DNA of 63,735 nt, the filler included, from Aduncisulcus paluster (taxonomy: Eukaryota), in the NCBI GenBank assembly GCA_024181965.1. It is 16 parts of 16 records of this genome, joined end to end, with 100 filler letters (N's around TTAATTAATTAA, not from the genome) between each part and the next. Parts side by side here need not be neighbours in the genome. Positions count along the whole stretch, not along the records: positions 7,514 to 13,870 come from BQXS01009764.1; positions 13,971 to 15,530 come from BQXS01009765.1; positions 15,631 to 17,366 come from BQXS01009766.1; positions 17,467 to 18,893 come from BQXS01009768.1; positions 18,994 to 22,153 come from BQXS01009769.1; positions 22,254 to 24,119 come from BQXS01009770.1; 10 more parts are not named here. One strand, written 5' to 3'. The notes under the pieces were generated by a model, which saw only the letters and a list, made by a program, of their open reading frames with translations, had not been told where the DNA came from and did no database searches. Positions 12,632 through 24,219 of this stretch are shown piece by piece; within the stretch, counting starts at the first letter, position 1; every line of letters begins with the position of its first letter. Position numbers and translations under genes: made by a program.

Positions 12632-13300
12632 CTAATATCTATTCATATCCAAATCTAATCCACACAATTGATAATCTCCAGCGTACTGCCAAATGTTGTA
12701 ATTTTCCCAACCGCAGAATGGGGACCAAGGGTTGCTGATAGTTGTATATCTTGGCCACCAGAGTTGGTAATCAGAAAATTCAGTACTACAACCAGTAATT
12801 GGGGTCCATTGAGAAGAACTCGTGTAAATACCAGCACATGTCTCGAGACCACAACCGGTCCAAACTTCAGACAAATAATCCATCACCTCATGGAAATAAT
12901 CAACATTTTTTGACACATCATCATAATAACATGATCCAGTTTGTTCAACATCGATCCAGATCATATTACCATCGTTATAGCCATTGTCTAAGAGTATCTG
13001 AACAGCATTAGTCACAGGATCCATTCCCTGGACAGGGCATGGGAAAATATAAAGATCAACATCAGTAAAGACTTGTTTTGCATTTGGGAAATTCACCAAG
13101 ACATCTTCATGGAATTCACCAATGGAACGAAGAGCTTGGAGGATAATAAATTCTAAACCATTTGTTTTCAAGCAATTGAAATGATCTACATCGACCTGTC
13201 CTTCAAAGAATCCAATATCAGCCCCAGTAGCAGCAAATGACTGGATAACACAGATTAGAAATAGAACTAATGGTAACAGAATTCGATATATGGGATACAT
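12632..13300 (-). CDS. Secreted GH25-family lysozyme (protist/nematode type)
   Basis: Hydrophobic signal peptide, N-terminal GADI, HFNCLK..G..FII, DLYIFPC, catalytic-type WIDVE (DxE), GIYTSSSQW, LWWPRY, PFCGW, WQYAG and DLDMN. Confidence 0.9.
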   Translation of the reverse strand: MYPIYRILLPLVLFLICVIQSFAATGADIGFFEGQVDVDHFNCLKTNGLEFIILQALRSIGEFHEDVLVNFPNAKQVFTDVDLYIFPCPVQGMDPVTNAVQILLDNGYNDGNMIWIDVEQTGSCYYDDVSKNVDYFHEVMDYLSEVWTGCGLETCAGIYTSSSQWTPITGCSTEFSDYQLWWPRYTTISNPWSPFCGWENYNIWQYAGDYQLCGLDLDMNRY

Positions 13301-13465
13301 AATTGTATGTAATCAAAAACCAAGTCAAAAACCTCGATTCATTCAAGATCCTGCAATTATACTATAAATTAATATTAATAGTTGGGATCATCTTTAAATA
13401 TGAATATATAATTTATTGGTGAACGTTTTTTTGAAAATATTTCAAGATCTTGATGACTTTGCTAA

Positions 13466-13870
13466 CGATCTGCAAAACGGTCTCTACCGCTACCCAGGTC
13501 AGGAAAGAGACAGGTCGAAGGCACAGACCAAGAACCGGCAGCCAAGGAACCGCCTCATCGGGCAATCCACCAAGATGAGGCGAGTGAAGATTGTGACCAC
13601 AATGCCAGACATGGATCAAAGGAAGAAGAAACTTCTGGTGACCCCTTTGATCCCAAAGACAAAGAAGAGGAAGAGGAGGACAACTTCAATACTCCCCGTT
13701 CCAAATCTAGATCACCAGAAATTTTTGATGTTGTTGATGATGAAGGTTTAGCTATTTCACAACCTGGAGGAATGAATGTTCCTCCATTTTCGAACCTTTC
13801 ATCTTGCGTAAGGGGCTCATGTATATCCCAAGAGACACAGATTCCTGATTCTGTCAACGAGTCCCCTTCT
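13466..13870 (+). CDS. Possible partial acidic/disordered ORF without a visible ATG
   Basis: Stop-free frame to the contig end (SAKRSLPLPRSGKRQVEG..EEEEEDNFNTPRS) with coding-like composition. Confidence 0.25.
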
Positions 13871-13970
13871 NNNNNNNNNNNNNNNNNNNNNNNNNNNNNN
13901 NNNNNNNNNNNNNNTTAATTAATTAANNNNNNNNNNNNNNNNNNNNNNNNNNNNNNNNNNNNNNNNNNNN

Positions 13971-15530
13971 CAGAGTAATCAGTTTCATCTTCGTATAGCC
14001 ACTTATATGCTCCTGGCCACACCCGATAATCCATATCGTATAAACAAGCGGCTGCCACGATGCGTAGATCGGAACAATCACTGGCCTCTCGCTTTCCAGA
14101 TCCGAGTTGGACTCTACACGAGAAGAGTTTCAATCTTTTGTTTATAATTCCCTGCTGTCGAGGTGTCATAATAGCATCGAGAAGTTTGGCAGTGTCGAAA
14201 CTGATCCCAAGGTCTTCTACGTGGAGCATGTCCGCTGAATGCAATCGTAAGGGTGAAAAGAGAAGACCCGCGTGTCTATACCCCCACCACAAAGGTAATT
14301 GTGCCTTCATGTTTTGCCGAGAACGTCGACTAGTGACGATACTGCTGTATCTTCGCTTCTCTCCAATCCCATCTGCCGACAATAACTCAATCCCGGTTAG
14401 ATCACACCACGCACATGGATCATTTGAAGAGTGTTTGGTTCCTATGTTAGTGGTGACTTGTTTGCCATCAGCTATTATATGAAACAACGTCCCATAGAAG
14501 CGAATCGTTGTACCGTTAATAACGACATCAATCCCCTTTTGTAAAGCGACTGCGTCGGTTACAAGTTCCGTAAGAAAGGCCGAAGTGTCGATCTGTCCGT
14601 TCTCAGGGAGGACGGAGATTTCTTTCCAGGCAAAATCCTTTGTTTTAAAAGCGTTCTCAACATTGGCCAGTGTCCATCTTATAGTAAGAGCGGTATGTCC
14701 AACTCTACATGTCATTACCCCATCCATGAATACTAAGATAGGTATAATAAATACAGGTGTGATATGGTGTTTCTCACATATTCTTATATAATCGAAGTAA
14801 TCCGGATGAGTGAGTGGCTCCCAGTCTTTATCGATACATGGAAATGGCTCTAAAGCAATCTGTTTTCTTGTGTGATCCCATATCTCATAGTATTTTCGAT
14901 ATGAGCAACAATGAGGGTCAGATTCATCATATTTGGGAAGAGTTATATATGGTGAAAAGTGGCGGAATTTTTGAAAATTATGGAAAACAAAACTCGGTAA
15001 TACGGATATCGGTGATCTCCAAGTGAAGTCAACGGTCTCACCATCGTATTTGAACGAGCACTGCCTATTCGATCGCATAACACTCTTCCGCAGTTGATGG
15101 ACAGTCTTGAGGGAAGGTAAACTATACATCATGCCATATTCCTTTTTGTCAGTGATCATGGCTGAACGTAGAGAACGGTATAGGGTATCGGATAGCTGTC
15201 GTCTTATAACCCGGGCGAATAAAAGGGTAGCGGTGTGAGTAAGCTTTCCAATAAGAGTTCTAACCCTTTCTTCAATGGGTATCATGGAGTGAAAGTCTAC
15301 GTAATCTGTAATAGAAGACACGTCAGGTATCGATGAAGGGGGTTGTATCAAAGAATGGGTCGTTAAGTCGCTGTCTTCAGATGGGACGTAGCACTCATTC
15401 AGGCCAAAATCATCTTCAAGCGGAATAAATTCGTCTTCTTCAGCGATGGGCAGACATTCAACTTCGGGGGTATGAGCTTCTGCTGGAACCTCCACGTGAG
15501 CTGGGGGGGGCAAGGTAAGGGAAGCAAACT
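13971..15530 (-). mobile_element. Plavaka/CMC (CACTA-related) DDE transposase, partial
   Basis: IIPILVFMDG, WTLANV, FL..LV.D...LQKG, IIADG, PCAWC and ADMLHVEDLG (DxxHxxxLG) occur in the order typical of this superfamily. Confidence 0.75.
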
Positions 15531-15630
15531 NNNNNNNNNNNNNNNNNNNNNNNNNNNNNNNNNNNNNNNNNNNNTTAATTAATTAANNNNNNNNNNNNNN
15601 NNNNNNNNNNNNNNNNNNNNNNNNNNNNNN

Positions 15631-16745
15631 AATACAACCGATGCTGACGAGAGAATTTTTTCTTCATGTCTTTCACACATTTCTCATTGTATTCACATGA
15701 CTCTTTGTTCTTCATACACCTCAGAGCACAACACAGGAGGCGAGCAGTATGAAGCAGGGTATTCGACACGAGCAAGGATAACAACACCGAACCCACCTTT
15801 CCCAATGATACAAAGAGGAGTAATGGTACAGGAGGAAGTCAAGGTCTGAGGGAGTGGGACAGGAATGGGGTGTTGAGAAGGAGTAGAAGAAGTTGGTTGG
15901 TTTGGGTTGGATTTGGTAGGTTCAGATGTCTTTGTTTCTTGAGTGAGTGATTCTGTTTGTTGTTTTGAACTTGAAGGAATATCTTTCTTTCCCCGAGATT
16001 CTGTCTTTTCTTCTTCTTCTTCTTTCACAGGCAAAGCTTCTTTCACATCTTCTTTCACAGCTTCTTCTTTCACATGTTTTGATGGCAAAGATAAAGTTGA
16101 TGTGGGTGTCTTGGAGGAACTGGAAGGAACAGGAACAGGAGTAAGAAGAGGAGGAGAGGTGGGAATATCATCACCTCGAAGGAAAACAAGGGAGTAGATC
16201 CCGAACCATCGACTATTCTTATTACACCACTGCCCTTTCCCTTCAATCTCACACAATACAACATTATCCAAATCAATAGGAAGGAAGTGCCATTCAAATA
16301 TATGTTCAGGTTTTGTGAATTCATACTTCTTGCATGTTTTCATACCATCACAATCAGTGAAAGTGAAGAGAAGAGAGGGTGAACTAGCATTCTTATTCAC
16401 ACAGATATAAGCACCTTTCATTGGACTAAGTGATGGGAAAGGAATAGAAAGATGGGATAAGCAAACATAATTTTCCCCTTTTAACATTCTTTGTGCTTGT
16501 GAACTCTTATCATGCTCCTTAGATTCCTTACTCGTCGAATCATCCTTGCACTTAACCATTGAGAACGAAGGATCTACAAGCTTTGGATCATCACGTGGAA
16601 TGGGAATAGAATCTCTACCAAAAGATTCTTCATCTCCTTCCTTAACAAACTCTGCTTTCACAATTGGAGCTTCAGACCATAGTTTCTCTCTGGCTTCACA
16701 AGCAATGATTTCTTCAGGAGTTTTTTTTCTAATGAAAAGGCTCAT
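15631..16745 (-). pseudogene. KGAYIC-domain + protein kinase family member, frameshifted at ~15730; 3' partial
   Basis: HLSIPF..SPMKGAYICV domain, a Pro/Ser/Glu linker and IGKGGFG. The kinase continues in another frame (CALRCMK..KCVKDMKKKFSRQHRLY), and the beta-3 Lys position reads Arg. Confidence 0.7.
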
Positions 16746-18509
16746 TTGAATAGAGATAGAATTTCTTATCTAAAAAATAAAACCAAGCAGAATAACAATA
16801 GTATTTGTGGACAACCAGAATAATTGCGAATTTCAAGGAGAACAGTCCGAGAAACAAAGACAACACGAACAAAACGAACAAGAAACGACCACACAGCACA
16901 ATATAGTTAGTATAATTGAATGAATCCAATTAAAATATTTCTTAATATACATTTAATAAAAGACGCAACATATAGTAAACATACAGTTTGCTTGTTTGCC
17001 AAGAAATCGAAAAAATGGACTGAACAAGCAACTCTTCAATAGATAAGATTGGAAAATTATAAAAACACATATAAACGAGTTAAATGCTGGTAAATGATAA
17101 AAACATGTTTTATTTTCATTTCAATGTCATGGTGTTTATTCTCGATATCTCAGGCTTTTGGAGAACCCTCAGGACTGGATATAGTTCCATTTCACGTGTT
17201 AAGAACATTTATGAACGATTTCAATGCTATTCAATAACATGGATATATTTCCATTTCATTTCTATCCTTATCCTTGCCTTTCTGTTCATTTTCACTTGCT
17301 TTTGCTAACAATCAAAAATATCAAGAACTCGGAATACGATGCTATACATATGTCTGTATACTGCTANNNNNNNNNNNNNNNNNNNNNNNNNNNNNNNNNN
17401 NNNNNNNNNNTTAATTAATTAANNNNNNNNNNNNNNNNNNNNNNNNNNNNNNNNNNNNNNNNNNNNCTAAAAATATCACAAAACTATATTCTGACGAACT
17501 ATCGGCCCTTCAAGAGATCAAAGAAAGTGCTAGCATTGGTGCTGAGAGTCCCATGTGGGGAGGTCGTCAAATCTCCTCCATTCAAGTCGATGGAACTCAA
17601 TTCCTTTTTACTGTAGCCTCCGACTCAATGGACATAGAAGGTGAAGGGATCGAATAAAGTATATTTGGGCCTCAGAGGATCAGATATTGAGACTTTTAAT
17701 CTATTTTAATCCGGTTGGCATTCTTCAAATGGCATTAAAGAATAATTCTTTAAGAATTGCTCCTGTCTCTGCGTCAATTCCACCATTGACCATCAATTTG
17801 CAGTGCAATTACTGTTCCAAAGAGTGAGCAAAGGTTGTGCTTGAAAACTCTTTTGAACAACACAAGTTTTCTTCACAGAATACGTTTCACAGTTGTCTGA
17901 TGAGAATAAAAAGAAGCGACCTAATTGCACCATTATTGGACTTGATTTGTCGATAGTACAGATATAACAGACATCAATTTGTGGATAGAAACAATTGGTG
18001 GACGGATGGACGGTAAGGAGAGAACAAAAGAACCCATAAGTTCCAGCACGAACTGGAATACAATTCAAGAATAGCAATAAGTTGTTACCGCTTTGATATG
18101 GACTGCAAAACAAAGCTCCGTTTGAACAAAGTCAAATTATAGAAACGAATATACAATTCGAACGGTAATCACTGAAGTTCAAGACTACTTTGTCATGGAG
18201 AGCTGGAGATTCCTGGATTAATGGAATCATCCTCCAATCACTTTTGATATTAATCATGAATTGGATGTGGGCCAACTCAACAAGACATCTTTCAAAGCTT
18301 CATTTGTTGGTCGATTAATCGATTAGATGATTAGAAACGGTATCTGTGAATTCCACGACACCAAAAAAAATAATAATAATAAAAGGGAAGATCTCACATT
18401 GGAAATAGACTTGTGCTCCGAGGAATGGTCTTTAGGAAAGAAGCTCAAGACGTTTGACACGAAACATCCATTCATTCAATTAAGAAGCCTTCTTGCAAAT
18501 CTCTGTGCA

Positions 18510-18893
18510 GTACAAGGAATAAAATGATCTCGCAGCGGATAGAAAGTGTATTTTTATCCCATTCAATCACAAGGGATATGGCAGTGGGCGCTCCAAATGG
18601 CGACTTTGCGATGAGTTGAGAAAACCCTGTGACAATTCCACCAACATGCAGGTTTTTTATATCACATGGCTCTATATATTGCCATGCCGCATGAGTTCAA
18701 GAAAGTCGAAAGCACATCTCGTGACAGGATCTCCAACAACATAACAAACAAAAATCCAGGCCATATTTTGCTTGCAGTTGTAATAATATTTGGATTGGGT
18801 GCTGCATTTTCAAGTATGTCATTCCATTTCTGGAAATAATTTGTCATCCATTTTGTTCGGAGATGTATTTTACATCGCTTATTGCTTTCGTTG
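18510..18893. repeat. Dispersed repeat, copy 2
   Basis: Matches 7514-7900 in the same orientation. Confidence 0.9.
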
Positions 18894-19700
18894 NNNNNNN
18901 NNNNNNNNNNNNNNNNNNNNNNNNNNNNNNNNNNNNNTTAATTAATTAANNNNNNNNNNNNNNNNNNNNNNNNNNNNNNNNNNNNNNNNNNNNAATTCGG
19001 TATGTTATAATCAGTATATGAATGATGAATTCTATGATTCTTTTGTACCACCGTTTTTTTGATGGTTTTAGTTTTTGTGATTGTTCTTGGTAATATATGA
19101 CATTTCTGGATTTGAGGATGGCGTTAACAAATTTATTGCCATTTCATGACAAAGATATCACTGGTATCTCACTGGGTTTATCACATAATGGTATATCAGA
19201 GGTGTTTCTGTTGTTTGGAGCATGCCTTATAATCAATTTGCAATATTTGGAGGATGATTGATTTCTTCCTGTTGTGTTTTATCTTTTCGATTGCTCAGTC
19301 TTCCCAAGCGTTCCTTTTTTGTATTCCTTCTTCTGCTTCCAGTCATATATATAAGATTTCTCTTCGCTACTTGCGAAAATACTATACAGTATTATGTTTT
19401 TTATCTTATTTTGATGGTTTTTCATATGTAAATTAAGATTATCTCCTGTTTTTGACAATACAAAAATAAATATATATGCTTTCTTCCTGAATCGATTTTG
19501 GATGACCAATTTTATTCCTCCAGAGGCAAAATAGGATTTGGTTTCTGGAAGATGTATTTTTGGCTTCATAAATACCTTTTGGTGGAAACTAACGAGAAGA
19601 GAAAAAATACGGCTTCCAGACACCCCAAAAAATTTCGTAGTGCACTCCGCAATAGAGCGGTTTTTGAAGACTATTTGAGGTTAGTTTATGATATAAACTG

Positions 19701-22153
19701 ATGCCAGATTATATTATTGCTGATATTTCTCTCGCAGAGGATGGTGAAATGAGTATTTCTATGGCTGAATCGACAATGCCAGCTATCCAGGCCTTAAAAT
19801 CAAGATTTGGTTCAAATAAGCCATTATCAGGATGTAATATTGCCTGTTGTATCAATATTGCACCACCTGCAGCTGTGATGTTACGTACTTTACAGTTTCT
19901 TGGAGCGTCTCTTCGTGTCTGTTCTTGCAGTCGTTCCCTTGTTGATGATCATGTTGCTGCGGCTCTAGCTGCTGGTAACAAAGATAGTGATCCCATTCCA
20001 ATTTATGCTTGGCATCGTATGACAGAAAAAGACTTTTGGTGGTGTATTGGTCGTTCAATGGTAAAATGTGAGAATGATGAACTCATTCTTCAACGTAAAT
20101 TAGCTAAAATGGTTGAAGATGAGGTCCAAGCCCTTGATATTTCCTCTTCAATGCCATCTTTACATTTTGACCAACCTTTACTTCCAAGCTCCATGGATGT
20201 GATTATTGACGATGATGATGATGAAATGGAAGACGGAGACGATAAGATAGCCGGCCAAGAGGAAGAAGATCTTTCTATGCTTCTTACTATACCCACTTCT
20301 GGGAGGAAGTCTGGACCTGATACTTCTCGGTCTATTTCAGGTGCTCCTGGTGGGTCTTCTGATCTTTCCTCCCCCAAAACAGAAGAAGAAGACGACGATC
20401 GTGCCAGAGAGCGTCAGAAGGCCTCCACAGACCATATTGTCAGTGCTGTCGTGTCTCATCTCGAAAGTCTCCCTTCTGCTGTTACTACTTCTGATGTTAC
20501 TACTTCTGATATCACTATAGCTGTTGATGGCACTGCTGGCACTGTTACTGCTGGCACTATTACTGATGCCGCTACAGGTGCTGTAAGTGTATCCTACTCC
20601 CATCACTCTACCTCATCTTCAGCCGTGTCAACCTCTATCCATACACCTCCCACGGCATCTGTTGATACCTCCTCATCCAAACATCATCAACAGCAACATC
20701 AACAACAACAGCAACATCATCAGCACAAAGAAGAAGCACAACAACACCACCACCATTCACGTACGACTTCCTCCAAGTCTAGGTCTCACCACCAAAGCAT
20801 TCCTCACAAGAGCATAACTCACCATGCCCCTAATCCCATTAAAGATGATGCAGACTCAGAAGAAGGAGAGAGTGTGTTCAATTCAAGGGGTACTGCTTCA
20901 ATGGAACCATCTTCAGCATCAGGCACACCTTCATACAGATCAGAGAGATACGATGGTAAGTGTGAGTATCATGGTACAGATGGACCCTATGGGACAGGTC
21001 ACACAGGTGGTGGAACCACGAGTTGTGGATTATCCTCAGACCAAGCATGTCGACTTGACCGTATGCACACTGGGAAATGCACTCGAGGGGGATATACATG
21101 GACACCACACTTAGTCCTTGATGGCTCTGGGGATGGATATATGGCACTTCATCGAGCAGGGGGTAGAGCCATGCATAACCTTATCAGTGTTCTTCCTGTG
21201 GCTACCCCAGCCGAAGCACGTATCTTGACTATTGCATACACAGGCAACCTCAAGACCTCTGCCTTCAACGTACCTTCTTCCATCCTGTTGAAGAACTTAA
21301 GCCCTTCTCTGAATGCCAAGGAGATACTCATGATGTCTATCAAGAAGGCTAGACCAGATATGTGTGTGGCTGGAAGTGGTGCATGTGTCGTTGGGTATGG
21401 TAGAGTTGGTAAGGCTGTGAGCAAGGCCTTGAGGGAGAGTGGTGCTAGAGTCACTGTGGTGGAAATAGATCCCATATGTGCTCTGCAGGCTTCTATGAGT
21501 GGGTTTCTTGTCAAACCATTCGCTGAGGCCTTGAAAGACTGTCTCATTGTTGTCACTTGTACTGGTTGTAAAAATGTCCTAACAAAACGGCATTTTGAGA
21601 AATTAAAATGTGGTTGTTTAATCGTGAACATGGGAACAATCCTTGGGGAAGTCGACACTTCCTCTTTAAAACAAATGCACGTCAAATCACACGTTACGGG
21701 ATTGGCCGGTGTTCCGGCTGCGGTTGTAGACGGTACTCGAATGCAAAGAATGTGTGAGCAAGAAGACTGTTCTGCTCTTAACGATGCTGTAGCTGCTGCC
21801 GTGGATGGTGGAGAATTGGAAGAGAAAGCTGTGACCAGTGCGTTATTATTGAAAGGGAACAAGGGAAGTAAGAAATGGCAGACTTTACAGCCATCTCCAC
21901 ATTTACACAGTGCTCAAGGACAGACGTGGATTAGCCGGTTGTTTGGTACGGTTGGACACTCCTCAGCCGGTGGTTCAGACGGCAAGAAACGGAAGAATAA
22001 GAGGAAAGGCCTTATGAGCTTTTTTGGCAGTTCTTCTTCTCGTCTGCATCCTATCTCTGGGTCTCACTCTGGCTCTTCTTCCTCTTCACATTCTTCCTTT
22101 GGACGGCTTAAACATGATCCTCTTGGATCCCTCCATCATCTAAAAATGATTCC
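19701..22153 (+). CDS. S-adenosylhomocysteine hydrolase-like protein with a large insertion, probably catalytically inactive; 3' partial
   Basis: N-terminus YIIADISLAE.G..MP..KPLSG..TL..LGA..DHVAAALA..PIYAW..WWCI, and NAD domain VVGYGRVGK, VVEIDPICALQA, VTCTGCKNVL. Confidence 0.88.
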
Positions 22154-22253
22154 NNNNNNNNNNNNNNNNNNNNNNNNNNNNNNNNNNNNNNNNNNNNTTA
22201 ATTAATTAANNNNNNNNNNNNNNNNNNNNNNNNNNNNNNNNNNNNNNNNNNNN

Positions 22254-22665
22254 TACCCATAAGACTGTCCAACAGCATTATTTGAAAGATCATTACACAA
22301 AATCAAAGACATCTGATCTTTTGGCTGATGTCTTATCGGGTGATGTCATGGAAGAGAGTGAAGGTGAACATGTTAGTGGATTAGAAAGCTGTGGCAAGAG
22401 AAGATATTGTGAAGAAGAAGAAGAAATGAAAGAATTTGAAAGAGTATTCATGAGAAGGAATGAGTATTATGAAGAAGAAGAGGAAGAAGAGACAGCTTTT
22501 GAAATCACAAGAGAAGAGATGAGAAGAGAAGCAGAAATGAGAAGAAAAGAAGAAGAGAAAAGAATCAGAAAAGAGGAAATTAGAAGGATAAGAGAGGAAA
22601 TGAGAAAGAAATATCAGGTGAAAGAGAGTGAAGAAGATAGTTATTCCTCTGAAGATATTTTTTGA
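22254..22665 (+). CDS. C-terminal fragment of a charged coiled-coil protein
   Basis: Glu/Arg-rich frame from the contig edge to TGA, followed by an AT-rich flank. Confidence 0.5.
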
Positions 22666-22870
22666 ATAAGTTTATGATTCTTGATCGATTTATTTTGATA
22701 ATGATTTTGTATGTATGTTGTGAAAGAACGGAATGGATTGTAAGTTTTTCGAGGTTTTACTTCTTTCTATTTATCGTTTGTTCTTTTATCAATCACTTAG
22801 TGGGTCCTCGCATTGGTTTATAATAAACTGCCTGCTTTAACATACTGAGTATATGTTGTGTATGAATTGT

Positions 22871-23050
22871 GTATAGTATTTGAATACAGGTTGGTACATA
22901 TTTCATGTATATTGTGTATATATAAAAGTGTATATCTCCTTTGTATATTAAAGTATAAATTTCCAGTATAGTATTTGAATACAGGTTGGTATAGTTCATG
23001 TATATTATGTATATATAAAAGTGTATATTTCCTTTGTATATTAAAGTATA
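22871..23050. repeat. Two-copy tandem repeat, period ~95 bp, AT-rich
   Basis: GTATAGTATTTGAATACAGGTTGGTA..TTGTATATTAAAGTATA starts at 22871 and 22966. Confidence 0.85.
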
Positions 23051-23573
23051 TGTTGATACTTTTTGAGGGTATAGTTTCTTGTACATTTGTGTACATTTTA
23101 GTACATTTGTGTATAGTTTAGTACATTTAGTATAGTACAGGTATATTTCAAATTTATGCAGTATAGTAAAGGTGACTTTCAACACACATTCTAACCACAA
23201 TCAAACCGTTGCATCAGAAATCCAAGATAGGATCCACAACTATACAGACATGTATATGATCTATATATAGATCGATCTTGAGAAAGTCCACTCTTTCCTG
23301 GTGGTATTGGGATTTGAAAGTACCCAACTATACTCAAATGTACACAAATGTACAACAGTATAAATATGGTATAGTAGTGGCATATCTATACTCGTGACGG
23401 TATATTTAAGTAACTTTCAAGTGGTATTGGGGAGTGCTGTGCTATTTATAGAACATTTTTGAGAATATATATGAATGTAATATGGTCTGTATAGTGGTAG
23501 AATATTTTTAGATTACTGAGAAAGTCACTCATTCATGAGATATAGATACATTTTAGGTACCATAGTATACTGT

Positions 23574-23990
23574 ACTTCCTCTTGCCACTGCCCTTCTGAA
23601 CCCAAGAAACTTTTATTATATAATATCAACATTGTTACATAATACCCCTCTGGTATTATCATTATCACTGACTCGAAAACTCTCAATGAATATTTTGAGT
23701 TTCACACTTCCTCTTGCCACTGCCCTTCTGAACCCAAGAAACTTTTATTATATAATATCAACATTGTTACATAATACCCCTCTGGTATTATCATTATCAC
23801 TGACTCGAAAACTCTCAATGAATATTTTGAGTTTCACACTTCCTCTTGCCACTGCCCTTCTGAACCCAAGAAACTTTTATTATATAATATCAACATTATT
23901 ACATAATACCCCTCTGGTATTATCATTATCACTGACTCGAAAACTCTCAATGAATATTTTGAGTTTCACACTTCCTCTTGCCACTGCCCT
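23574..23990. repeat. Tandem repeat: three 132-bp units plus 21 bp
   Basis: ACTTCCTCTTGCCACTGCCCT at 23574, 23706, 23838 and 23970; units are near-identical. Confidence 0.95.
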
Positions 23991-24219
23991 GTTAGAGCCA
24001 GAGAATTCTAAATACTATATTCGTTTTCTACGAGCCCAATTACCCCCAGTAATATCACAATTATTTGCTCTAATTCATTAGATAATTTTCAAAATACTTA
24101 GAAGAAAATTTTTCATCTTNNNNNNNNNNNNNNNNNNNNNNNNNNNNNNNNNNNNNNNNNNNNTTAATTAATTAANNNNNNNNNNNNNNNNNNNNNNNNN
24201 NNNNNNNNNNNNNNNNNNN

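Noticed and set aside
23574-23990. CRISPR array (21-bp repeat x4)
   Set aside because: The intervening 111-bp segments are identical rather than unique spacers, there are no cas genes, and the context is eukaryotic.
23632-24081. 149-aa repeat protein
   Set aside because: TTG start, and the frame is open only because the period is a multiple of three; no coding support.
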